From Verrucomicrobiota bacterium (lineage in GTDB: Bacteria; Verrucomicrobiota; Verrucomicrobiia; Opitutales; LL51): a stretch of DNA of 32,000 nucleotides. Each line of letters begins with the position of its first letter. Position 1 is the stretch's first letter. Below the pieces are notes generated by a model, which did not search any database, was not told where the DNA came from, and worked only from the letters and a program-made list of their open reading frames with translations. Below, one piece after another: positions 7,083-15,839 of this stretch. The stretch is from NCBI GenBank assembly GCA_021294815.2, contig CP095464.1, positions 780,001 to 812,000 on the forward strand. Direction: 5' to 3'. A program made the position numbers and the translations under genes.

Positions 7083-8657
7083 TTATTTTTGTGCTTGTGC
7101 GGCAGTCGCGGCTTCAACACGAGGGCTGAGTGCCTTGACAGAAAGAATCCACAACAAGCAGATAAACAAGAAAATCGCAAAAGTGTAGGGCGCGAGTGTT
7201 AAGAGATCACCCTTTTTCGGTAATGAAAGCGCTGGGAACCATCCGGAAATCGTCGGAAGAAGCATCAATAGCCCCGACTGAATAATGGCACCGCCACCCT
7301 TGCCGAGACGTCCACCGACGACATCCACAACGGCCTTCCCTTTAACTTTCATCTCCTCGTCGAGCGGAATATAAGCCATTTCCTTTGTCAGGTCGAACAA
7401 CGCGTATTTGACGGCTTTTGAGAACATGACGACGAGTGCGCCAAGCATGACCGCACAATAAACTGGCGTCAAATTATCAGGCAATATCTGGGCAATTGAC
7501 TCGCGGAAGATGACAAACCCAAAGAACAGCCCGCCGAGGATCAGCAACACAATCGGGGTCGCAACAGCAGCGGTGAACCACCGACAAAGGCGCAAAATGT
7601 TACCACCGATGATGAGCATAACGAGCGAAACGATACCGCCGTAGAACGTGAACTGATTCATGAAGGTATTGTAATCGTTTGGATTCGGATACTGCATGCC
7701 AATTTGCTTCTTCCAAAGTCCTTCAACCAGATTGACACTGATTCCGTAGCAGATGACAAGTGCGGCAATAAGACCCAAGTACGGCGAAGTAAAGATGATT
7801 TTGAAGCTCTGGATGAGTGGCATTTTTTTCTTCTTTTTGTTATTACCCGGAAGCTCAGGTTTGTCGTAAAAGCGTTTGTCGGTCAAAACGTAGCGGTAAA
7901 TCCAGTGATAGACGAGCATTGTCAAGATCCCCAAAACAACAACGGTTCCCATCATGTACTTAAGAGAAAGCCCCCATGCCTCGGCCTCATGCCCGGCCGG
8001 GAAGTTTTGACGAATGTCGGAACACCATTCACCAACTTTGCCCTCTAACAGAACGGAAAACTGCGCCATCATCGCAAAGAACGCGTACATCCGTTTGGCT
8101 TCAGAAGTCTTGGTGATTTGGTTAGCAAACTGCCAGAAGGAAAGCGAGAGCAACGCCGCCCCCCAGATTTCCGCTAAAATGTAGAAGAGTGAGTATGACC
8201 AGTTGCCGATGATCATGATCGGGAACTTAAGTGATTCCTGAATGGATTCCGGGCAGGCCGCCAGCCAAGACGCAATCGTTTCTTCTGAAGGATGAAGGAT
8301 GTCAATGTGCGGATAAATGAGAAACGCAAAACATCCAAAAAAGAGCAAAAATGGCGTCAGTGTTGCATAGAATAACTGCTCATTCGTAAAAATGTTACTC
8401 GCTTTCGCGTAAAGGATCATAAAGACGATTGCCGAGGGTGCGACACAGAAGCTCTTTAAGAACGGAATTACTTCTGCCGCGGAACCGGTGACGACAAGCG
8501 AATCTTTTACATTCCGCAAGCAAGTATAGTTGAAAAGGATGCAGAAAAAAATCAACCCCATCGGGATCGCTTTCTTCAGCTCGTACATGTAGAGTGGAAA
8601 GAAAATTTTGCGTAATTTCCCGAACTCCTGGCCATTACCTTGAACGTTGTCCGACAT
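7083..8657 (-). CDS. npt1: Nucleotide transporter (ADP/ATP translocase, Npt1/Tlc/NTT family)
   Basis: It is a 524-aa polytopic membrane protein. The N-terminus FGKLRKIFFPLYMYELKKAIPMGLIFFCILFNYTCLRNVKDSLVV closely resembles the chlamydial Npt1 N-terminus as I recall it. The whole protein has NTT-family architecture. Confidence 0.88.
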   Translation of the reverse strand: MSDNVQGNGQEFGKLRKIFFPLYMYELKKAIPMGLIFFCILFNYTCLRNVKDSLVVTGSAAEVIPFLKSFCVAPSAIVFMILYAKASNIFTNEQLFYATLTPFLLFFGCFAFLIYPHIDILHPSEETIASWLAACPESIQESLKFPIMIIGNWSYSLFYILAEIWGAALLSLSFWQFANQITKTSEAKRMYAFFAMMAQFSVLLEGKVGEWCSDIRQNFPAGHEAEAWGLSLKYMMGTVVVLGILTMLVYHWIYRYVLTDKRFYDKPELPGNNKKKKKMPLIQSFKIIFTSPYLGLIAALVICYGISVNLVEGLWKKQIGMQYPNPNDYNTFMNQFTFYGGIVSLVMLIIGGNILRLCRWFTAAVATPIVLLILGGLFFGFVIFRESIAQILPDNLTPVYCAVMLGALVVMFSKAVKYALFDLTKEMAYIPLDEEMKVKGKAVVDVVGGRLGKGGGAIIQSGLLMLLPTISGWFPALSLPKKGDLLTLAPYTFAIFLFICLLWILSVKALSPRVEAATAAQAQK

Positions 8658-8776
8658 AAATAGTGCTTCCGATTATACCCATTCGCACTTGGGTGCAAGA
8701 TATTTTATCAATAAACATCACATACTTTTGTCATTTCTGGTGAGTTGATTTGTAAAGCTTATTTGACGTTTAAATT

Positions 8777-8790
8777 TATTTTTTACAATT
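8777..8790 (+). promoter_or_regulatory. Copy 1 of a shared 14-nt motif TATTTTTTACAATT, which contains the -10-like TACAAT
   Basis: An identical 14-mer recurs at 20132-20145 upstream of another signal-peptide ORF. Here TACAAT ends 17 nt before ATG 8807, and TTGACG (8763-8768) lies 15 nt upstream of it. Confidence 0.3.
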
Positions 8791-8806
8791 AATCTCCAAA
8801 GGGAAT

Positions 8807-9556
8807 ATGATGAGAGCGCGCAAGATTACATCGTTGGTAATGGGGTTTCAATTGCTGGTAAGTTTGTTGAATGCTCAGGCAACAAACCTTAATACAGCAG
8901 ATTGGGTACGTTTTCAGATGCTCCTTGAGGTGATTAATAAGAAGATTCCCTGTGCGGCTTTTATTGATGAACAAGTTCATCAACGTGCGTTTGCTTTAAT
9001 TGGTAAAAACCTATTTGAGCCTGATACAGAAGTACCGTACTACGAACTTCCAGGAGATCAGTTTACACGTATAAAGAAAATGTTTTCCAAAAAAGCTTCA
9101 CTTGAAGCTAAGGATGTGGCGCTTGAGAGCGATTTATTGCCGTCGATTTTGGAATTAAAAAGCCGTTTGCGCGAGGGTAGAGATCAGGATGTTTGGATGT
9201 TAATCTACAAAAGCACGTTGTTTGAAAAAAGTGCTGAAGAGTCTGTGGTTTTTGCTCCTTCGGCAGAAAGCGTAGATAATGTGCCGAGTACGAAAAAAAT
9301 TGAGGTCGGTTCGGCAAATGGTAATGCTTCGACTCATGTCGGAACCTTATGTCGGCAATGGATAACACGCGGAATCAACGATATTTGGGTGTGGGCAAAA
9401 CCGCGTGTGAGCCGTCTCTGGTCGAGTACAAAGTCACACCTGAATAACATTGGCTCCAAAGTCTGGGGCAAAACAAAATCGTACATCGATGCCCCATATA
9501 TGAACAAGTTTCAACGCGGGAATGAGACAGCTGCGAAATCTGTGAGCACTCAATAG
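8807..9556 (+). CDS. Hypothetical exported protein with an N-terminal signal peptide
   Basis: MMRARKITSLVMGFQLLVSLLNAQA looks like a Sec signal peptide. I recognise no family motif. The C-terminus is Trp/Lys-rich (IWVWAKPRVSRLWSSTKSHLNNIGSKVWGKTKSY). Confidence 0.55.
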   Translation: MMRARKITSLVMGFQLLVSLLNAQATNLNTADWVRFQMLLEVINKKIPCAAFIDEQVHQRAFALIGKNLFEPDTEVPYYELPGDQFTRIKKMFSKKASLEAKDVALESDLLPSILELKSRLREGRDQDVWMLIYKSTLFEKSAEESVVFAPSAESVDNVPSTKKIEVGSANGNASTHVGTLCRQWITRGINDIWVWAKPRVSRLWSSTKSHLNNIGSKVWGKTKSYIDAPYMNKFQRGNETAAKSVSTQ

Positions 9557-9688
9557 TGCTGCCTACTGGTGAGGTGTTGCGTTAATCGTCATGCAACAGT
9601 AGCGTACGAAAGGTAGGCGAAACGCAGCTTTATTTTGGCGAGCTTCAATCAGGCTACTTGAAACGCAGAATTCCAAGTTTTACTTCTA

Positions 9689-12139
9689 TTACTCAAATTT
9701 GAGGAGTTCAGAGACGTGCTCTAAGAAGTACGCGGTGTCGTGTTGCTTTACCTTTAGAGAGTCAATGATTTCATTAAAGAGCGTGCTTTTGCGCTCCTGT
9801 AGCCGTTGAATGCTCGATTCGATTGAATTTTGTGTAATGAGTCGATAAACCGTTACGTTCTTTTCTTGGCCGATACGGTGCACGCGATCCATCGCTTGGC
9901 GTTCCGCAGCAGGATTCCACCAAGGATCCATAAGGAAGACCGTCTCTGCGGCGGTTAGTGTAATTCCAACACCTCCGGCTTTGAGTGAAACGAGCATAGC
10001 GGCGTTTTGATGCGTGTTTTGGAAGCGATCGACGACGATGTTACGCTGTTTCGTAGAGCCAATAATTTCAAAAACATCGAGGGTTGGGAATTCTTCCTTC
10101 AGAAGCTGTCGGATGCGCTGTAAGAACGTGACAAATTGGCTGAAAATAACGACTTTTCGTCCGGGAATGTCGAACTCGCGTCTGAGCATTTCCCTCAAAA
10201 GGGTTAGTTTGCCGCTTGCTTTTAAAGAGTGAGCAATACCGGGGATAATGCCCGGATCACAAGCAATTTGACGAAGACGGGTTAAGGCAGAAAGAATTCC
10301 AAATCGGTGATTTTTGAGATCAAATTGATTTTTATTGTTTCGGTAGCGCTGAATCGTGTGGTTAACAACGTCCTTGTAGAGCGTTAGCTGCTCCGGCGTC
10401 ATTTCGCAGAGGACATTGACTTCGAGCTTTTGAGGAAGTTCCTTCGCAACGGTTTCCTTGGTGCGCCGCAACATGAAGGGAGCGATCTGCGCTTTAATTT
10501 TGTCAGCAATATCTTCGGATTTACATAGCTCAAGAAACTGTGCTTTTTCGCCTAAAAGTCCGGGCATGAGGAAGCGGAAAATACTCCAAAGATCAAGGAG
10601 GTTATTTTCGATAGGAGTTCCACTCAATGCGAGGCGCCACTGTGCTTTAAGGGCATTGCATGCGTGAAAGACTTTAGTCGTCGAGTTTTTGATAAACTGT
10701 GCCTCGTCGAGTACCGCTAGTTGGAACGCTTTTTTCGTGATAGCAGTTTTATGCCGTCGGAGTTGCGTGTAGCTCACAATCCACAAGTTAACGCTGGGTT
10801 CTTCAAAATCAGTATCGGCAGAAAATATGCGGACCGTGAGGCGCGGAAAAAACTTTGCGGCTTCATTTTGCCAAACGTGGAGCACGCTTGCGGGGCAGAC
10901 GACGATCGCCTGTGAACCCGGGTTCATTTTAGAGATAAACGTCAGCACTTGGAGAGTTTTCCCGAGGCCCATATCATCGGCAACGAGTCCGTGAAAGCCA
11001 TGGGAAAGAATATGGTTAATCCACAATACACCTTCGCGTTGGTATGAGCGTAAAACTTTGGGGAGAATGAAGGGCTTTGTCGGGGCTGAAGCAAAAGAAT
11101 CCTTCCATGCGCGAATCGCTTCGCTATCTTTGTACACGGTTCCGATTTGCGAAAAAATTGAATAAATCATGTAGCGCGGGATTTCGTGGAATTTCCCTAG
11201 GACCGATTGCTGAGCGCGAACAGCAGCGACTTCTTGTTGCGGTAACCGTACAGCGCCAACTCCCTCAACGAACATTGGCTGCCCGTCGCCTTTAATGAGC
11301 TTTTTCGTAACTCCAGGGGCGATTGTAAGCGTGTCGTTTGAAAGTTGTAACGTCAAATCAACGGCATCTTCGCCCTGTACTTGGGTTAAAAACTGCGCAT
11401 GGACATTTTGAACGCCCATGAGAAGTTTTTGAACGGTTGGATCGATCTGAAGCTCAAAATAACTGCTCCATTTCGGAAGTGTATGACGGCAAAAATCGAC
11501 CGCAGCAGGCACGTTTGTCATGCGGTATTCCTTACTCTGCTGGAAAAGTACGAAATTCGCTTTACGGGCAAGGTGAATGAGTTTTACAACCTCGTCGCGT
11601 TCCGCTTTACTGGAGACCGTATGTTTTGTCGAAAGGTGATCGGGAAAAACGAGTTTATTGTTGGAGGTCCAGTAGGCCTTGAAGCACAAGTTTTGTCCAG
11701 AAATAAAAAACGAAAGATGCAGCAATTTAGCAGCAGATTCCTCTAAAACCTCAGCAGATTTGAGTGTTTGGGTCTTTTCGTTCTCGTTGGTTTCTGAAGT
11801 AAAGAGCGAGTCCTGTTTATCTAAAATGAGCTCGTCCATTGCCAGCAGAGCACCAACGGCGGGGCGTGGATCTTCGTGGAGCGAAGAACGCGCCGATAGT
11901 ACCTCACCGTCGACGTCAATGAGCGCAAAAAACTGCGAACGATTGTCGTTCTGATAGCGAACAACGATATCGTCAGGACGGATTTCGATCTCTTTGATGT
12001 TGCAGCGCTCATAGAAATTGAGGCCATTACGAAGCTCATCGCGTGTAAACGCCGATGGCCAGTCGTGCGTCGCGAAAATCTCCATCCATTTCTCGAACGA
12101 TTCGCGCTTAAAAATGACTGCAGGAGCCCGATTAAGCAT
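9689..12139 (-). CDS. SNF2/SWI2-family helicase
   Basis: Helicase motifs are present: I DDMGLGKTLQ, II DEAQFIKN, III LSGTPIEN, VI QAMDRVHRIGQ. I chose ATG 12139 (MLNRAP); the TTG at 12178 is an alternative start. Confidence 0.88.
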   Translation of the reverse strand: MLNRAPAVIFKRESFEKWMEIFATHDWPSAFTRDELRNGLNFYERCNIKEIEIRPDDIVVRYQNDNRSQFFALIDVDGEVLSARSSLHEDPRPAVGALLAMDELILDKQDSLFTSETNENEKTQTLKSAEVLEESAAKLLHLSFFISGQNLCFKAYWTSNNKLVFPDHLSTKHTVSSKAERDEVVKLIHLARKANFVLFQQSKEYRMTNVPAAVDFCRHTLPKWSSYFELQIDPTVQKLLMGVQNVHAQFLTQVQGEDAVDLTLQLSNDTLTIAPGVTKKLIKGDGQPMFVEGVGAVRLPQQEVAAVRAQQSVLGKFHEIPRYMIYSIFSQIGTVYKDSEAIRAWKDSFASAPTKPFILPKVLRSYQREGVLWINHILSHGFHGLVADDMGLGKTLQVLTFISKMNPGSQAIVVCPASVLHVWQNEAAKFFPRLTVRIFSADTDFEEPSVNLWIVSYTQLRRHKTAITKKAFQLAVLDEAQFIKNSTTKVFHACNALKAQWRLALSGTPIENNLLDLWSIFRFLMPGLLGEKAQFLELCKSEDIADKIKAQIAPFMLRRTKETVAKELPQKLEVNVLCEMTPEQLTLYKDVVNHTIQRYRNNKNQFDLKNHRFGILSALTRLRQIACDPGIIPGIAHSLKASGKLTLLREMLRREFDIPGRKVVIFSQFVTFLQRIRQLLKEEFPTLDVFEIIGSTKQRNIVVDRFQNTHQNAAMLVSLKAGGVGITLTAAETVFLMDPWWNPAAERQAMDRVHRIGQEKNVTVYRLITQNSIESSIQRLQERKSTLFNEIIDSLKVKQHDTAYFLEHVSELLKFE

Positions 12140-12228
12140 ACAAACGGACAGGTTACAAAAAAATGTCAAATGTGTCAAGTTGTTTTTTTAAGCTGTACAT
12201 TTTTCAAAAAAATTGGTAGTCGGGGGCA

Positions 12229-14043
12229 TTGAAGGTTAAGCGGGAGTGTATTGAGCGCGTTCGAGAGGCGGCGGATTTGTATGATGTTGTTTCGGGATAT
12301 GTACAGTTAAAGCGTTCCGGGGGGCATTGGCGGGGGTTGAGTCCATTCACGGTCGAAAAGACGCCTTCGTTCTATGTGCTTCCCGAGAAAAAGTTTTTTA
12401 AGTGTTTCAGTACGGGTTACGCGGGCGATGTTTTTCGTTTTTTGGAATTAAAGGAAAATTTCTCGTTTATTGAGGCCGTTGAGTGGCTTGCGCAGCGCTA
12501 TGGGATTGCACTAGAATATGAAGAGGGATCGAAGGAGACTACTTTATCGAAAAATACGCTTTTGGCGATTCACGAAGATGCGTTGGCGTACTATCAAAAA
12601 AACTTCGCAACCGCAAAAGCAGTACAGCGTTATTGGACGGAGACACGGCATTTTACCCTTGAGGCAGCCGCGCGATATGGTATTGGCTGGGCTCCAGAGC
12701 GCGATCATTCGTTATTGCCGCTTTTGAAGCAGAAAAAATATTCTTTGGAAGCGCTGCAGCAGTGTGGATTGTTTTATGTTAATGAGCGCAATCAATACGA
12801 TTTAAAACCGCGATTTTCGGGGCGTCTTATGATCCCGATCTACGATGTTCAGGGGCGCGTTATTGGATTTTCTGGGCGAATTCTACCATCGGTAAGTGCA
12901 GGGAAAGAGGTGTCAAAGTACGTTAATTCTCCCGAAACGCCGATTTTCCATAAAGGAAGTATTTTATATGGGCTTCATCATGCGCGCCGGTTTGTTAAGG
13001 AATGTTTCGTTCTTGTTGAAGGTCAGTTGGATACGCTCCGTTGTTGGGAGTGCGGCCTAGACACCGCGGTAGCGCCCCAAGGGACGGGTATTACCGAAAC
13101 ACAGATGAATCTCTTGCGGCGTTATGCAGAAAAGTTGCTTTGTTTAACCGATGGCGATGTGGCAGGGCAAAAATGCGCGCTTCGGGTGATCGAACTTGCC
13201 TTTAAAACGGATATAGAGGCGCAAATCGTAACCCTAGCGTCGGGCGACGATCCTGATTCCTTTTTGCTCCGCGAAGGTAAGGATGGTTTTGATGCGCTTC
13301 TTCGGGAGGCAATGATTCCGTATCTCGTTAAAACACTTTTACCGCAAAATGTCGAGGCGACGGCCGTTGAAAAGTCGGTTTTTTTAAAAAAAGCCTACGA
13401 GATGATTGCATATTGTCCTTCAGAAGTGGCCAAAAATGCTTATCTACAAGAGCTTGCAACGCAGTTGATGCTGGATTTGAATGCCGTACGCAGCGATTTT
13501 CGTAATTTTTGTGGCGATCGGATGTTCAATACAGGCTCTATTCCAGAAGAAACAAAGGTGTGTTGCGTAGTCACCTCAAACCCGATACCCTCGAAGCTAC
13601 GAAGTGTAGAATACGACCTGTTGACTTTAATACTTCATGATCCGGTAATGAGACAAAAAGTCGGCGCCGTTTTAGATGACGCGTGGATTTCGGAATCATT
13701 TTACGGGCATTTACTTCTAAAGGTTTTAGCGGAAGTCCGGAAAGGGTGTTGGGAAGGACCGCCATGCGATAACGCTGTTTTTGATGAAAAGGAGCTCAAT
13801 GAGCTTTTTTCAATTTTGGCGACGGAAGATACGGTCGATGATGTGACAAGTGCGGCGAATACCTGCCTACAGGCGTTGTGTGAGGCCTTTGTGAAGAATA
13901 AGCTGAACGAAATCAACCAAAAAGAGACTCAGCGACGGCGATTTACAAAGAATTCGCTTGACGATCCGGATTTTTTCAAAACCCTTCAAAGTGAGAAGTT
14001 GCGTCTACGTCGCATGCGGTCTTCATGTCCGAAGATTTCATAG
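12229..14043 (+). CDS. dnaG: DNA primase
   Basis: It has an N-terminal zf-CHC2-like segment (EKTPSFYV), an RNA-polymerase core, TOPRIM motifs LVEGQLD and DGDVAGQ, and a C-terminal helical domain. The start is TTG at 12229. It is followed by rpoD, as in the classical dnaG-rpoD arrangement. Confidence 0.9.
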   Translation: MKVKRECIERVREAADLYDVVSGYVQLKRSGGHWRGLSPFTVEKTPSFYVLPEKKFFKCFSTGYAGDVFRFLELKENFSFIEAVEWLAQRYGIALEYEEGSKETTLSKNTLLAIHEDALAYYQKNFATAKAVQRYWTETRHFTLEAAARYGIGWAPERDHSLLPLLKQKKYSLEALQQCGLFYVNERNQYDLKPRFSGRLMIPIYDVQGRVIGFSGRILPSVSAGKEVSKYVNSPETPIFHKGSILYGLHHARRFVKECFVLVEGQLDTLRCWECGLDTAVAPQGTGITETQMNLLRRYAEKLLCLTDGDVAGQKCALRVIELAFKTDIEAQIVTLASGDDPDSFLLREGKDGFDALLREAMIPYLVKTLLPQNVEATAVEKSVFLKKAYEMIAYCPSEVAKNAYLQELATQLMLDLNAVRSDFRNFCGDRMFNTGSIPEETKVCCVVTSNPIPSKLRSVEYDLLTLILHDPVMRQKVGAVLDDAWISESFYGHLLLKVLAEVRKGCWEGPPCDNAVFDEKELNELFSILATEDTVDDVTSAANTCLQALCEAFVKNKLNEINQKETQRRRFTKNSLDDPDFFKTLQSEKLRLRRMRSSCPKIS

Positions 14044-14068
14044 ACGACGGAAGCGGCGAAATCGCTCT

Positions 14069-15760
14069 ATGAATACCATTAAAAAGCCGAAAAAAGCCGG
14101 CGATAACGAGGTTAATGCACGGATGCAGGAGCTCATCCGTTTTGCCCGTAACAAGGGTTATCTGACGCTGCACGACATCAGTGATCATCTCCCGGATAGT
14201 ATTGAAAATCCCGAGGATATTGAAAATGTGATGAACATCCTCGATAATCTCGAAATCGAGGTTGTCGATAACGAGGAGATGGAGGCCGAAAAGAAGCGTT
14301 CTGTGGCGGAAGCCGCTGCACGTAATCCCTCGGAAAATCTCGGCGAAGATCCGGTTCGGATGTACCTTCGGCAGATGGGGCAAGTGCCGTTATTGACACG
14401 GGAGCAAGAGATTTCGATTTCCAAGCGCATCGAGAAAGCCGAACTACAAGCCCAGGACGAGCTCTTCTCAATTCATTTGACGGCGCCATTTCAGATTGAG
14501 CTGGCGGAAAGCCTTTTAAATCGAGAGGAGCGCTTTGATCGGATTGTTTTAGATAAAAAAATCGAAAGCCGAGAGGTCTATTACCGTATTTTGGAGCGTT
14601 CGATTCAGGAAAGTAAGCTGCTATTAGAAAAAATCCAGGAAGTTTGGGATTGTCTCCAAAAAACGACCGATGAAAAGGATCACAAGCGGATGGCGATTCG
14701 CCTAAAGCAGTTTCAATCTCAATTGAAAACCGTCATGAAGCGCTTTTGCTTCAAGATGAAAATTTTTGAAGATTACCTCCAGCGACTGCGTCCGGATTTA
14801 AAACAGATCGAACAGTTACTACATGAGATCAAGCGAGCAAAATCGGCTGCTGAGCGCCGGGGCGTTAACGTCACCGACCAATTAACTCGCGTCCGGCGTG
14901 CGTTGATGAAACTTGAGGAAAAGTACGGTGTCGATCCTGAGCGGTTGTTGGAGATTGTCCAACGCTTCCGTGAATACATGAAGGAGGCGCATAAGGCTAA
15001 ACAGGAAATGGTTGAAGCCAATCTTCGCCTAGTCATCAGTATTGCCAAAAAGTATACGAACCGCGGATTGACGTTCTTAGATCTCATTCAAGAGGGGAAT
15101 ATGGGACTTATGAAGGCGGTCGAGAAATTTGAGCACCGTCGGGGATATAAGTTTTCAACCTATGCAACCTGGTGGATCCGTCAGGCGATCACGCGTTCGA
15201 TTGCAGACCAGGCCCGGACGATTCGTATTCCGGTTCACATGATTGAGGTTTTAAATCGGGTAATGCAGGTCCAGCGGCAGTTACAGCAAGAGCTCGGACA
15301 TGAAGCGACTGCCGAGGAAGTGGCGCGCGAGATGGATCTTCCGCTTGAGCGGGTAAAAGCGATTATGAAGATGGCGCAGCAGCCGATTTCGCTTCAAAGC
15401 CCGGTGGGCGATAATGAGGATTCAAGCTTCGGAGACTTTATCGAGGATAAATCTGCCGAAAACCCCTACGATATGACGGCCTACAGCCTCCTTCGTGAAA
15501 AAATTAATGATGTTTTAGTCAGTTTAAGCGAACGCGAAAAGGAGGTCCTAACGTTACGTTTTGGGCTGAAGGATGGCTACAGCCGGACGCTTGAGGAGGT
15601 CGGACAGATGTTTAACGTGACGCGGGAAAGGATTCGTCAGATTGAGGCAAAGGCCCTTCGGAAAATGCGCCACCCGACGCGGATCCGCCAGCTTCACGGA
15701 TTTTTCGAGGGTGAGTTTGCGACCGATGGTCCCGGATTTGAAGACTTTATTCAGGCGTAA
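14069..15760 (+). CDS. rpoD: RNA polymerase primary sigma factor (sigma-70/sigma-66 type)
   Basis: [11 protein letters not shown] (region 1.2), [36 protein letters not shown] (region 2), [27 protein letters not shown], and region 4.2 [30 protein letters not shown] are all present. I chose ATG 14069 (MNTIKK), because the ORF-track start at 13958 overlaps dnaG. Confidence 0.93.
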   Translation: MNTIKKPKKAGDNEVNARMQELIRFARNKGYLTLHDISDHLPDSIENPEDIENVMNILDNLEIEVVDNEEMEAEKKRSVAEAAARNPSENLGEDPVRMYLRQMGQVPLLTREQEISISKRIEKAELQAQDELFSIHLTAPFQIELAESLLNREERFDRIVLDKKIESREVYYRILERSIQESKLLLEKIQEVWDCLQKTTDEKDHKRMAIRLKQFQSQLKTVMKRFCFKMKIFEDYLQRLRPDLKQIEQLLHEIKRAKSAAERRGVNVTDQLTRVRRALMKLEEKYGVDPERLLEIVQRFREYMKEAHKAKQEMVEANLRLVISIAKKYTNRGLTFLDLIQEGNMGLMKAVEKFEHRRGYKFSTYATWWIRQAITRSIADQARTIRIPVHMIEVLNRVMQVQRQLQQELGHEATAEEVAREMDLPLERVKAIMKMAQQPISLQSPVGDNEDSSFGDFIEDKSAENPYDMTAYSLLREKINDVLVSLSEREKEVLTLRFGLKDGYSRTLEEVGQMFNVTRERIRQIEAKALRKMRHPTRIRQLHGFFEGEFATDGPGFEDFIQA

Positions 15761-15839
15761 AATCGCTACGGTAGAGCCGCCACACCTTTGCGAATAAGCT
15801 TGCGTTTGGAGTCGTATCGACGAGATTACGGACGGAGCG

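Noticed and set aside
6897-7202. A 101-aa ORF in the kdsB/npt1 intergenic region.
   Set aside because: It overlaps the npt1 3' end and the npt1 terminator hairpin. Its translation is Arg-rich and unconvincing.
7823-7829. A T7 run (A7 on the coding strand, encoding the KKKKK segment) inside npt1, considered as a possible phase-variation tract.
   Set aside because: Seven nucleotides is short for slipped-strand switching. The tract encodes a plausible cytoplasmic-loop poly-Lys, and the reading frame is intact.
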